64,000 nucleotides of DNA from the human T2T-CHM13v2.0 reference genome, Homo sapiens: assembly GCF_009914755.1 (NCBI RefSeq), contig NC_060935.1. One strand, written 5' to 3'. Positions 13,393 to 26,619 of this stretch are shown here, in pieces. Position 1 is the first letter of the stretch. The number at the start of each line of letters is the position of its first letter. The translations under genes were made by a program, and so were the position numbers. The notes under the pieces were generated by a model. It was not told the DNA's origin. It worked only from the letters and a program-made list of their open reading frames with translations, and searched no databases.

Positions 13393-13749
13393 CGTATTGT
13401 GTAATGCAGTGTTAGGCACACATCAGGAACTCACTAAAGGTTTGTTGAATAGATTCAGGTGTTTGGCATAGCCGTATAAAAAACATATAAAGGAAAGCTC
13501 CTTTTGATCCATATACTTTGGTGCTGTATGCATAATGACTGTGTCCTGAGACCAAGGATAGACTTTCATCCAAAGAGTTTCAGGTACCTACAAAACTTCA
13601 AGCTCAGTCAAAAATTATTACCTGGTATAAGAGGCTCATTCACTGCATCCCTGACTGGAAGCCCACAGCCACTGCTTGAATAGCACCAGGGATGAAGTCC
13701 ATCACCTCAATGGGGAGCCCATTCCCTCCAGCTCTGGGTACAAAAAGAG

Positions 13750-14095
13750 AAGGGATAGCAAACATAAATGCCCAGGACTCAGGGAAGAAAAATTACTTGA
13801 GTAAAAGGATTGAGGCAGTGGGGTAATAGAAGGGGAAGACATCTATAGTTCTTTAAGGGTAGCAGGGATCACTCATCTCTAGCTAATATTCTCCATGAAG
13901 AAACATGTGGCCCTGTAATCAGACTTCCCAATTTATCCAAAGGACCAAGAATTCTAGGTTCTAATGTGAAATATCCTGAACTTTATAAAATCTGACTAGT
14001 TTAAACTAACAACAAAAACAACAATGATAAAAAAAAATAGACCAACAAAGAATATCTAGAGCCCAGATATTTTCATGGGTCACCATTTGGAGATT
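13750..14095. mobile_element. hAT-Charlie DNA transposon relic (MER103C-like)
   Basis: cagacttcccaattt...gaattctaggttctaatgtgaaatatcctgaacttt resembles the recalled MER103C core. Confidence 0.55.
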
Positions 14096-14814
14096 TCAAT
14101 TCAGAATCATTTCTAGACTATATGGTACTTCTGTGCAAATCTAAAAAAAAAAGGTGTCACCTCTAAGCAGATGCATGGTTTCAGGAACAAAATAAGGCTG
14201 AGATTTTAATCCTCAATCATCCCTCAATTGGAACTTTGTGAAGCACATAAACTGTCCAATAATATGATTCTCTTTGGGTTATGATGTTGAAACCAACATA
14301 TCTATTGGTCCTAATTCTGACAGATTATAAAACCACACAGTGCCCTTGCCTCTCCCCTTTTTATTACCAATCACACTTCAAATTACTCATTCAAAGTTCA
14401 TCTTTCTAATTAGATCACAAGCTCAAGGCAGGTAGGAAATCTCTGGTTCCCTAGTTCATCCTCAGTAATAAACACAGCATCTGGCACAGCAAAGGCATCC
14501 AACAAATATTTATTCAGTAACTAAGAAAAAATAAACACAGAACAAGTCATCCCCCTTTTCAGATTTGAGAGAATCACAGATTCGAAGTCAGTTATTATAG
14601 CACCCTGGTCTTCTCTATACCAAATGTGCCCAGTTCTTTTACTTATTCTTTATAGGGCCTGGGTTCCAGACGTCTCACCATCCCGGCTAGTTTCTTCAGG
14701 ACGCAGTCTAGTTCCTCAGTGGTATTTCAAAAATGTGGCTCAACACTTCAGTCTGTGACTCTAGTTACCAAAGGAATGGGAACTCAGGTTTACTCTATTA
14801 GGCATCTGATAATT

Positions 14815-14995
14815 TCTTCAATCTATGAAAAAACCCTCAGGCAGAAATCATTATACCATTTTCTCAAGAAGAAATGAAGGCTTCTGGAAGTTAAGTAAAT
14901 TGTCTAACCAAAGTCACATTGTTTGTAAGCAGAGGGACTGGGATTCAAACTTAGATTGTCTGACTCCCCAAAGCCATGGTCTTTCTACTATGCCA
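14815..14995 (-). mobile_element. MIR SINE
   Basis: gttaagtaaattgtc...aaagtcaca...gggattcaaacttagattgtctgactcc. Confidence 0.8.
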
Positions 14996-16453
14996 GGCTT
15001 CACTGTTCCGTCAAATTATATTTAACTGCCAAGTTAGAGACTGTCTTGGGTCCAAATATCTCAGGCATGAATGAGCTGAAATTTTCCAAGCATGAAGGGT
15101 CAGACCAGGTAGCTGGGTCCATTGAGAGCACTGCAGCAGGCCACTCCATTGAGAACCAGGTGTCAGCCTCAGAAAGGGAAAGATGTCTTGGGCCAGGACA
15201 GCTGAAAGGATGTTTATGGGAAGAAAACCTGGCGGAGATTAAATCCTGTGCACCCACAACCCCCATGATCTCAGACTGCTGTTTATGGCCAGAACAGCAA
15301 AAAGCCAAACAGAAACTTTTTTCTTTTTCCTGGTAATAGCTTTTGGGATTTATCTTAGGACAAAGAATAAAGGTTCCTGACCTGGGCTAACTGCCACTCT
15401 CCTACCCCTCATCCTCTCAAAAAATAAATAAAAAATTAACTTAACCCCAAAATGAGGGCAGACAAAGGCCAAACATGTCAACTTTTCAATCTCAGCTTAG
15501 TTTCCACCTTGGGTTCTTTAGGGGTTGTCAATGACTTAATGAAGTATTTAAATTTGGGGGTGATTGTTGTCATTCTGTCTTGTTATGAAGGACATTTCAA
15601 AACAGCTTGGAAATAAGAGGGAGGCCAGAATTATTCTTTTTTGTAGTTCAGTCATCTTTGAACAAGTTCCCAAAACCTCAGCTGGAAAAAAATCAAGATA
15701 ATGTTTGCAAAGCCAAAGAACATATCTTCTCTTGTTTCCAGTCTTATTTTTATCTATGAAAAATTTACAGTTAAGACAAGCACATTAAAAAGAGAACAAT
15801 TGTTGCAGGAGCAAATTAAAAAACAGAATAGACAAACTACTTCTGATTCCATCTTCCTTACCCAAGTACTCTGCCTTTGTGTTTATTTCCTTCCCATCTT
15901 TTTTCTTCTGCATGTAACCAGGTTGTGATCATTCTGTCTATATAATACTAGTTTGAGTCTATATATTTTCAATGAACATTATATCATAAACTTTTAAAAA
16001 CTTACAATCTCTATCATAATTGATAGCTGTATAATATAGTTTGCTTCTTGACTCTAGCATTTAAGCTGCATTTTATTAATGCATTAGATTGCTATTGTTA
16101 ATGTAATAGATTGCTGGCAAACTAGTTATTGCTTAAATTTAGTTGTTCTTAAAAACCAGACATTTAACCAAATAGGCCTTATTTTATAGGGATCTGTAAA
16201 TTATACAGAATGCTGATTAAAGAAGAATTAAATTATAGATTACTTGCATTAGAAGAGGATATCGAAGTCATTTAAGTCAAAATTTCAATTGATGATGTTC
16301 TCTTTTGTGTTTATGGTAAAAGTGCTCAATTATGAGACACTCTTTCCTACAGAGGCAGCCAGTTCTGTCTTGAACAACTGTGATGTCTTCCTATCTGTAA
16401 CTTCCTCACTGGGACAAGAAAAAATAAGTTTCCCATAAGAGATCATCACTCTT

Positions 16454-16511
16454 AAAGGATTGAGGCAGTGGGGTGATAGAAGGGGAAGACATCTATAGTT
16501 TGTTAAGGGTA
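16454..16511 (+). repeat. 58-bp local copy of 13804-13861
   Basis: 55/58 identical by direct comparison. Confidence 0.93.
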
Positions 16512-17026
16512 TTCCCTTTAAGAAAGCAGTCCCAAAAGTCTCTTGATTTGTATCTAATCATGCAATACATATTAATCAAGGGCCTCTTATATGTCTCACA
16601 CTTTCCTAGGCACTAGAGATAGAATAGAGAACACAAGATGCATGGCCCCAGCCTTCACAGAGCTTTGATTCCTGTGTAGACTTGGTTTGGAAAGTAAAAG
16701 TTACATCAACGGATACCTATCCCAGACCTGAGTGATGAAGAAGGAAGTCCAGAGAAAATACCACTGAAGCTGAAGTGAGAAGGTTGAGTTAGCTAGTTAA
16801 AAAATGTGGTAGGTGTTTTAGGCAGAGGAAAGAGTGCATGCAGAGCCCATAGTAGAGAGGCTAATCAGAGATGCAATCCAGGGATGCAGGCAGCATGGGT
16901 CTTGCACATGCACATTTTGATAAAGCTTTTCATTGGTGATTCTCTGGCTAATTAGAGCGGCAAATAATGTTCTAAGACTACGAAGCCATAGGGGTTAGAA
17001 AAACTATCTAGAGATGATCTAGATCG

Positions 17027-17280
17027 CTATTTCCCAGAGTGTTTGCTGAGGAGCATTGGTTACTTGGGTGATAAAGGTATGTACTGGGATAAAAGACTTC
17101 TGTGTTCAAATGTATTCCAGAAAAACAAGGTTAAATGAAGACAAATAGACGTATTCACTGCAGAAGTTTTTGGAACTTTTCACAGGCACATCAGCATTGT
17201 CATTCTTTAAGGGGCATTGTTACATGCAGGGTTTCTAAACATATTATACCATAATATAACTTCATGTTAAGTATCTAATG
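17027..17280. mobile_element. hAT-Charlie relic (Charlie4-like); a related copy lies at about 45860-46085
   Basis: Both sites share a cactgcag(a/g)a..tcagagcct/ggaactttt...gcattgt...gcagggtttctaaac-type motif series. Confidence 0.5.
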
Positions 17281-20200
17281 GGACTTAGTTTCCCTTGAAC
17301 TTTCTTTGGGGACTGCAGATATAGACCAATCCTAGATTTTTACAAATGAGGCAACTGAAACCTAGAATGGGAAAATAACTTCTCCAAAAGGACACAGAGA
17401 AAAAGAATGGCAACCAAGTTCTCGTGACTCTCAGATCCTTGGATGCTCCAATATAATTTAATGTCTCACAGTCATCCAATTAATGTCAGTATAAGCTGGT
17501 TTTTGGCATGTACTGGAAGCCTACAATGTGCCTATTGCATTTTATGTGTAATATTGTGAAATGTTCACCACTGCCCTGAGAAGTTCTCTTCTGGCTGCAA
17601 AGAATTTGATTAGACATGTCTACCTGGATTACAGCTATCCTCTGCCATGAGGGCTTCTTCCTACTCATTCCTGATGGCTGTACTTAGGCCCTATATCCTA
17701 TCAGATCTTTCCTTGATGGACCTGCTGTTCAGACAGCATTGTAAGACTAGTGACAAATGGGCTCTGGATTCAGGATACTCCAAAGAGAAGTGGACGTAGT
17801 AGTCATTTAGTCTAATTCCTCAGATAATAGAGGACAGCCATCCTCTTTGTAAATATTTGCAGGAATAGGGAGCTCATTACCTCTACTCATTCTGGGTCTT
17901 GGATGGCTTCCAGAAGGAACAATTATATAAGCCCTGTACAGAGACCAGTCAGAAACCAAGTGTGGAGCTCCTTCCACTTGAACATCAGAGGCATATGGCT
18001 GTTGGATGGAAATGTGCAGCTTCAAACACCACCACCTGCTTTTCTCCTTTCCTCTGACTGCACTGCAGAGAAGATGACGGGAACCTACACTGGGAGTTTA
18101 GTGTTGGCAGCAAACAATCATCATATTTCACTTGAGGAGCAAAGAGTTTCAAGATGATTTGTTTAAAGAGAAGCAGCCATGGATTTGGCTTTGATTGCTC
18201 TTAATTCTCTTAATGAGAAAATCTATAAAGAGCACCAGGAGGAAGAGAGATTTTTATTGTCTTTCTTTTTTTAATGACAAAAAGAGACATCATGAAGAGT
18301 GAAGGGGGCTTTCTTGTGGGTGCCAGGGTCTATTTCCCATAAGAAGAGGCTGGCTAAGCCCCAGCTCCCTAGGAAGGAACTCATGAGAAAACGACGCAGT
18401 GGGGGAACAATAAAACTTCCAGGGAAGGGTGTGTGTATTCAGAGGGAAAAGAGGAGCAGCTGAGGGAACAAAGAGCTCCTGATGAAATCAAGATTTGTGT
18501 GTGGCTTAAGTATGGGGCCTCGGGACAGGCGAGACTGTTTGGTGAAGGAATCTTCTTCAGGAAAATATGGGGAGCTTGCAGACACCGTAAATTTACACTA
18601 TAGCTTATTCTAAACCTAATAATCACACTGTAAGAGGTGGCAGTAGCTCCCTCAAAGGAAGGTCCAAGAGGCAAGGTTGATTTATGTCCCTGTGTTTGTC
18701 AGCAGCCAAGGTGGCCACACCCTTCCTGGGCCCTGATTTTGTGGACAACTGTTTGCTTCTCTAGTGCCTGTGGATTCTCACCTCCCTGGCTGCCTTCAAG
18801 TTCCATCCCAGAACAAGGTCATGTCCATTAATCAGCTGTCATAGGCCTGGGAGAGAGCTTACAGTTTCCAGGCCTGGCTTAGTCCTTGCTGATCTTGTCC
18901 TAGGCCCAGCCTAAAGGGACATTTCGAGCCAAGGAAATCAGCTTGCTGTCAGTGAACTTGCAGAATGTTAGGGCCAAAGGCACCTCTGGAACAATTACGT
19001 TGTTGGACCAATTAACAGATGAGTAGACGGAAGCACAGCTGGGGAAAGTGACTTGCTCAGGTTCACATGGTTGCCAAGAGCCAAAGCCAGATGTTCCGAA
19101 TCTCATGCCAGCTCTTTCCTGGGCTTGTGACAGACAAGGGCCAAGTGTGAATAGAGAATGCTGTGCTGCCTTCTTGTCATGCACCCCATGTCCACATAAT
19201 GCACATACTGAGACAAACTCAGCTAGAGCTGGGGGAGGATCATGACACCAAAGCCAGCCTCTGCTTCAGATGATCAGACCACCCCAGGGACATCTTCAGA
19301 GCAGGATCACACAGAAAATGAAGTAGTTATCAACAACACCAGCTGGATAGGCTCCTGGCTTCCTGATATGCAGTTTTCTTTAAATATTCCTTTTATGATG
19401 TGACTTTTCTAGTCAAGAACTTTCAGAAGCTCTTCATTGCCCAGAATATTAAGCTCCTCTATCAGCCTAGGTTTAGTCAGGAAGATAGAGCCTCTGGGAC
19501 GTTATGGGAATATAGGATTTAAAACAGGAATTAGGATTCACATCCCAAGTCCTCAGTAACAGAAAGGAAGATTCTGGAAGTCAGTAAGTGACCACTCTAA
19601 GTAGATAACATGGGCCTCAGAGTGGATGCTCTTAGATTGTTTGGCCTCAGCCAATAAATAGCCAACAGGCATGTGGACCGTGAATCTAGCTGGTCTTGTT
19701 CATAACCTGGATGTCAACACCTAAAAATGAATTGGTACAAAATCAACTACATCTATAAATCCTTGTTATGCGCCAAGACCTTTGTCAGGGGCTTGGGAAG
19801 GTACAAAAGTGAATGAATCATGGACTTAATAACATTCTTTTATTCTTGAAACATTTTCTTTGATGACCCTGAATTGTGTAACACTTGAGTTACTCAGTTA
19901 TATCAGGCACATTTCACTAAAAGTCATCACATTTTTTTTTGTTATATCTTGAAGCATAACTTTGCCAAGGAGGGAGGGAATTATGAAAGGCATAATTGGA
20001 CACTTTAAGTATGTGAAGTTTATTGTATGTCAATTGTACCCCCAGGAAAGTTGTGGTAAAAAACTTAGTTGCTTTCTAAATTTACTCCATGAACTTAGCT
20101 TGTTCATTGTGACACATGTGGAATTCGTTCCCTTTCATCTTCTTTTTGCCTAAATCATTGTTTCTTATGTGGGCTTCTGTGATATTTCCATTAAGTGTGG

Positions 20201-21379
20201 GTAGAAATAACTATCCACATATTTTTATGTAGTACATACTAAGTATTGTTTGAGGTCTTTCAGGTCAATGGATAAAAAATATAGACAGTAAAGTTCTGGA
20301 AAGTCTTAATTTCCCTTCATAAGTCTTTTCACCATATTTTCACTTGTATTGCCTAGAGCTTAACCTTGATTATAATATGGAATCTCTGTAGACAAATGAA
20401 TGTGCACACATACACATTTCTTTAGTCTTTAATTTCTGTGAATATTATATCTTTAATATTAGCCATGTGGAAACCCAGAATTCAAAGAGAATTATACTGT
20501 TCTGAAGAGCAAAGGATAAAATCTATTTACTCCCCTTCTTTCTTACTCTACCAACGAGGGATATGGCTTTATTTCCTTAAATGCTGTTTCTCCTGCTAAT
20601 TGTTTTAGAATGCTTCTATGATAGCCTCTGTTTTTCTCATGAGTAATATTTTATCACCCCCTAAGGAACTTGTTTTACATTCTCCAATAGGTAGTCTGGA
20701 AAGATAAGAAATATTTTGAATCAAAATGACTTAATTGCTAGGGTACTACCTTAAATGTCAGAAGAGAATATCAGAAGTCATTCCACTTACCTTCTAATTT
20801 TTATGGGAGTTGTCATGGAATTGGCAATGGGATATAATTGGAAAGGTATTAGAGAAACTACTGGACTATTTTGTGGGATCTCATTTACAAAATCTCTGTG
20901 AACGTTCTTTCTCTGGGATTGTTTTATAACCAGGTGCCAGTTATAGTTTACACTTATGATATCAGCTAAAGCTTCAAGGCAAACACTTTCCTAAGGTTTA
21001 GAAAGATAGACCAGTCTCTGTTTTCCTTAAATTACTCTGGGACCCAGTGAGGAAATAATGACAGGGGAAGAGGGTCATAGTCATACTCCCTGTGCCTATG
21101 GGGACAAAACCCTTTTCCATGTGGTCACCACATTCTTGGGGTGGTATTCATGCATCAAACCAACACCTATCAGCACCTGTTATGTCCATGGCACGCTCTT
21201 AGTTGCAGTAAGGATGGCTGGAGGTTCTTGTAGCTGACTAGGGAGGGCAAGGTGCTGCTTTAGATTGGATAGCCCAAGAATTAGATCTTGAGAAGTGGAG
21301 ATGAGGAAAGGGCAGGTAAGACAGAGAAGGGAAGGAAGCCAATGTCAGTTATTGAGTGGGTCACTGCTGTAGGTCTCGG

Positions 21380-21746
21380 CCAATCAGCACATTTCCACCT
21401 CCTTGCTGTTGTGATTGTTCAGAGATGGGCACTTGGCTTAACTTGGTCTAATCTGTAACCCCAATTGTTTGTTAGTCGGGGAAGTGAGTCTCTGGACATT
21501 AAGCAAGGAAGAACATAGACCCAAGTGCAATTGGTAGACATCTCGTGACCATGGAGTCAACCTTAAGATGAAGCTGAACTGTGGATGGTAGAACAAAGAT
21601 GTAGAAAGAAACTGAATATTGGTGATTTCTTGAACAAACCTACCTTAGGACTCTTCCTTTACAGGAGCCAAAGTACTGCCTTGTTGCTAAGCTAATTTGA
21701 GTTGACTTTTCTGGTACTTCCTACATAAAGACTCTTAACAGAGATA
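21380..21746 (+). mobile_element. Old MaLR LTR (MLT1J/K-like)
   Basis: ggccaatcagca...gatgaagctgaa...gaaagaaactg...gctaagctaatttgagttg. Confidence 0.7.
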
Positions 21747-21888
21747 TTGATAATGTATACAAAGTATTTGGTGTAGAAACTGACATATAATAAGTGAAAC
21801 ATAAATGGTGCCTATAATTACACAAAATGAAGTGATAAACAGAAAAATTCAATCTTACGTCAACCTCTCAAAATTGTGTGTTTTCATT

Positions 21889-22020
21889 TGTATATACACT
21901 TGTACATATGTATGTACATATGTACGTACAAGTGTACATACACGTGTACATATGTACGTACATATACATATGTACACACATGAGCCTGAACCTCAGGCTG
22001 TATACATGTACATATATAAA
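21889..22020. repeat. Degenerate (TA/CA/TG) alternating purine-pyrimidine microsatellite, partly palindromic
   Basis: tgtatatacacttgtac (21889-21905) pairs 16/17 with gtacaagtgtacataca (21926-21942). Confidence 0.9.
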
Positions 22021-22052
22021 GACATGTAGAGGAGAGTACATGATAAACACTA

Positions 22053-22099
22053 CACTGCCAACTCAACCAGCCAAGCACTGTCCAACTCAACCAGCCAAG
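22053..22099 (+). repeat. 23/24-bp tandem duplication cactg(t)ccaactcaaccagccaag
   Basis: Read directly. Confidence 0.95.
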
Positions 22100-23107
22100 C
22101 TGCAGAGAATGAAATTCTTCGACATACCACTAAGTCAATAAGGACCTATCTGGTAGAACATCAGGCTCCCATCTCTCCCATTAGGTGTAATTAATCTTGC
22201 AACCAAGGACATGGTGGAAGCTCCTGCCCACCTAATCCCACTGCAAAGGCCCATGTCACAGGTCTACTTCTCTCAGTTCCTGCTTGGCCTTCTGTTCCCT
22301 GTTGTCTGAAGCTCCAGCCTGAATCCAGCACAGCTGATTACGGCTCTGGCAACTATATCATCCTTTTCCAGTTGTTTTACCCATGAAACCAGTTAGGATC
22401 ATTTTTTTCATGCATGCACATCCTTTTCCCACGGTGTGTCCACTATGCCAGGTTGGCTGGGGTTAGGGGTAACATTGTGCTAAGAAGTAGTGATCTTCCA
22501 TAATTGTGGGGGTAGTATCTGCTCTTCCTGAGTCCTCGAATAGTTTTCAGTTCTCTGAATTGCTGCTTGTCAAGATAGTTTGAAAATAAAGCATTCCCCA
22601 CAGCTATTGTCCCTGGCACTACCACCAATGCCCCAAGTAGAAGGGAAGACCTGAGGTTCAGAGGTTCTTCTCACTTGGCTTGTCTCCATGAAGAAGAGAC
22701 AGTTGGCACCTACCACCAGGATTGTTCTGCAGTCTCCCCCTGGCATCCCCATCTGGCACCCATGCCCAGAAAAAATCTCTCGCTTCTCTATATCCAAGAT
22801 CTTCCCTATTTCCCAGTGCAGAACAATTGGCAATTCAAATTCTCATGGTATTCTCCATTGCTTCTAATAGAAAATTAGAAAAAAGAATAGTCTGAAATTG
22901 TTACATTTCTTCCATGGTTTAAGAGATCTTCCGTGACAACTTTATTGTATAATTATATATAAATGTGTCTGCCCCTTTCTCTGGACAGAAGGACTTTGGC
23001 AGCAGGAATTGCAGTCTCTCTTGTTTATACCTATACTCCTAGCTCCTGATTTGGTATGTGCTACATAGCAGAAACTCAATCAACATTTTAAAGATAAATA
23101 GCAAAAT

Positions 23108-23169
23108 AGGTAGATGGATGTGTGGATGGATGGATGGATGAATGGTTAGATGGATAGGTGACTGGATGA
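23108..23169 (+). repeat. (GGAT)n simple repeat at an L2 3' tail
   Basis: gatggatgtgtggatggatggatggatg follows an L2-like tail at about 22960-23100. Confidence 0.8.
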
Positions 23170-24269
23170 TAAATTAATAAATCCATAACTGACCCAGGAG
23201 TCAAAATAATGCCTCATGGGGCAAGTCCTTTGAGCTAGAAAAGAATAAGAAACGTTGGTATTATTTACTACAGCCTAAAAGATCTTCTCATATCTTTGAT
23301 CTTATTGATCATCCCAACAATGGTAATGGTGATGTTATTATCTAGTTTACAGATGAGGAAACCAAAGTCCAAAGAGGTTAAAGAAGTTGCCTGAGTCACC
23401 AACTAGGTACTGTTCCTCGCTAGGTCTAAAATCAAGTCCTATGTATCAAAGCCCAGACTGTTTCCACCACTGAGCTGCCTCTTACAAGAGAGAGTGGAAA
23501 ACCTCTAAATTCTTGAAATAACATTAAACATTTCATAGAAATAAATGTTTAGTGTGTAGATTAACTATTTGATGGTAATATGAAAGAGTACAGAGAAAAA
23601 TGAACATAGGAATAAAATGAGTTATTGCAGAAGAAATACACATTTGTATTTAATGTGATTTTACTTTCTTTTCTTTCCTTCATAAACCACCAACTTGCAA
23701 CAATTAGGTTGTAGTTATAGGCAGCTTAGAGAAGGATGTTTTGAATTAACAACTAAATTGTCAGGTTTCTTTGTGAAGCATTTTATTGTCGAGTACACTT
23801 GGAGGGAATCAGTCCCAGGGGAAGCCTATTTGCCATTCATTTCACTCTGTTGAACAGATGACTTGCCCACAAAACATTCCTTCCTTTATTCTCTCCAGCC
23901 CTCGACACTCCAGCCATTTTCTTGGGCCACCAGGACTGTGCACAATATTCTCAGAATGGGAAGGGACCTTAGGAAATGGCTAGTGTGAGTCCTTATCTAC
24001 GCAGGAATCCTTCGATCTCCTAAAATGAGGTCACACAAATTCTGCTTGATCACTGAGCATAATAGGGTGAGTGTGGAGAAGTGGTAGAAGTTCAAATTCA
24101 AGCTTTTCCCTAGCTCATCACTAGCTCTGGGATCTCAGATAAGTTCCATAACCTCTCTCACTTTTCATTCTTTCATGTCAGTATTCAGGACTTGGGTGAA
24201 GACTTTATGATCAAAAACATACAAAAAGCCTTGTACAGACCCTGGCTCATGGTCGGTGCTCAATAAATG

Positions 24270-24560
24270 GTGGTATTCCATTTCTCCCTGCCTTTATTGT
24301 TAGAACCCTTAAAATGTTGTGGGAATGTTTTCCTTTGTAGCTTTCTAGTTCTGGTTTCTCTGACCATGAGGAGCAAGTCTTCCTCATGTTCACCTTTCAA
24401 ATATTGGCAAATAGTTCTCACTGCCCTCCCATGCCACCTTTTCTTCCACACAAAACAGCCTTGGGCTCTTCAGCTCTTTCTCACCTGGTGTGGTTTGTCA
24501 TCCCCACTGTATCCTGGGCTCCTTGATCTGCATGCATCCTGCTTTGCCAGTGATCCTCTC
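24270..24560 (-). mobile_element. CR1/L3 LINE fragment; smaller L3 pieces at about 6340-6520, 8020-8095, 14590-14740 and 16330-16400
   Basis: cctttcaaatattggcaaatag...ccttttcttcca...ctcttcagctctttctcac...atcctgggctcc resemble the L3 reverse strand. Confidence 0.6.
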
Positions 24561-26289
24561 ACAAGGTCCCAATTCCAATCAGAAGCTATGAGGATGGGGA
24601 AGTGTCTCTTCTTCTTCTCTTCTTCTACCCCAACTTCAGATTCTTTGCACCTTTGTAAGTTCCTGACTCACCTACTCACTGATGGCCCAGGGTAGGAAAG
24701 GCTGTGTTGTTGGATTCAGACCAGATACAAGAGAAGATATCGAGAGGAAGGTAGGTCTTCAGATGTCCTTGATGTGACCTCACATGTGTAACTTCCTCTG
24801 TGTCCCCACAGCATCCACCCTCCCTCCCATGTTTACTGGAGAGGGACTCATATTCCCTTGTTCTCTTGTCTTCTGATGATGATGATGTTAAGGATAATTT
24901 TACTTCTCCAAGGACTTCTGAGTCCCCAGGACACATGAACACAATCTGTGGATGAGCAAGGACCTGTGTTCACACATGTAAATGACCCTTGATTCCTCAT
25001 AAACATCAGAAGTTATTGCCAAGAAAGGCCAGTAGTTGGGGTATCAGCCAAAGTGGGTCCTGCTCCATTCCCATGCCAATTATTGATGCATTTGTCAAAA
25101 GCTAAGGCAATGATCAAAATCACAAATATGGGCTGAAATCTTTAAGGTGTATCCAAAGCATCTGAATACCTAAAAAGATTTGTGATAAACTGTGGGCAGA
25201 TTTCTGAGATTTCAACAGCTCTTACTCTAATGTCTGATTTATTTATTATTAGAAAATCAAAGAACTCAAATACTTTATGCTAATGAAATCTCCAGGCCAA
25301 GTCTTTAAACATGTAAACTTAAAAGAGAATTAAAGGGAGAGGCATCTAATTTGGCAGCAACTCAAGTATATAAGTTCAGAACCAGGCCCAGAAAAGCATG
25401 GGCTAACTATTAGGAGGCAGCTTGTTACAAAGCTGAGTCACCCATGATGCATAGTCAGAGGTGACTGGGGGCAGAGGAGAAACATCAGGCAGGTGCACAC
25501 TGACATAGTTCCCTTTGCCTTCTTTCCCCCAAGAGCCAGGGTTTGGAGACTAGCTTGTTTCTTCATGCAGGTTATGTAGAAGGGAGCAGACTGGAGACCT
25601 GTACTCAAAAATATTGTTTTGCAAACCCAGGGGATTGAAAATCCAACCTTTCTTCAAAATCATTTTGGGTCATTTGGTGAGTGAAAACTCTGAATTAAAG
25701 ACTGAGTTTTGGAAGTACTCTAGTAGTACATAAAACTTCTGTCTCAGGATAGAAGAGAAAGCAATGCTTTCACTGACTCTGAGCACAACCTGAACCTCAG
25801 GCTGAAGATAGAGAGGGTGTACTGACTGGGTACAGAATCTGTGGATGGCTAAAACACAGTGGGATATGACAGGTTATTCCAAGGCCATTGGAGCCAAAGT
25901 ACCCCCCATGGCCTGTGCCAGCATGTCATATGGAAGTTGTCTTTTTAAGTATCATTTTAAAACATTTTTTGTCTTTTCATGGGAGGTAAGGCATCATATT
26001 CTAGAATGAGCTAACAAATGCTTCATTAGGAAACTAACTTTTTTTGGATCCCTTACTTTTTAACGCATATCTCATGTATGTTCTCACAATTAATCCTTAC
26101 AAAATCCAACCCACTAGATCAAATTTATTGCTCCTCTTTTTCCCCAATGAGAATACCAAGATGCGAAATGTCTCAGAGTGACCTTCTCAAGATCACAGGG
26201 ATTGGTCACTGAATCCCGAATCATTTCCTTCTAGACAATGCCACTTGGCAGTGCCCTACAAAGGCTTGAGTCCCAAGAAGAGACAACCT

Positions 26290-26520
26290 GGAGTAGGGAA
26301 AAGAACTTTAGACAGATCTACATTCAAAATGTAAAGTTTGTTAAACTCACCAGCTATGAGAACTGGGGCAAGTCACTTCACCCTATATCTCAGTTTTTCC
26401 ATCTGGAGAATAGAAAGAATCATCCCTTACTTTACGGAGTTGTTGTGATGACCGAATGAGGTGACCACACGAGAATGTTCTGCACGTGCTTAGTGTATAT
26501 GGTTGGTGCTTAATATAAAC
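26290..26520 (+). mobile_element. MIR SINE
   Basis: gggcaagtcacttcacc...ctcagtttttccatctggagaatag...gttgttgtgatg. Confidence 0.8.
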
Positions 26521-26619
26521 ACACTGAATCTCATTCAGGCTCCAGGCAGTAATTTCAATAAGGAAGCTAAGAGAGAGGTGCAAGAAAGGGATATGGGGCA
26601 TCGCAATTGGAGGAGGGCT

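Noticed and set aside
21985-22000. 16-bp exact match cctgaacctcaggctg with 25789-25804, as a sixth local copy
   Set aside because: A single 16-mer match has an expectation of roughly 0.5 in a 64-kb self-comparison, so it is not significant alone.
24690-24900. Splice-like signals (ccccacag acceptor, ggtagg donors) suggesting a lncRNA exon
   Set aside because: Such motifs are common by chance and cannot be supported without transcript data.
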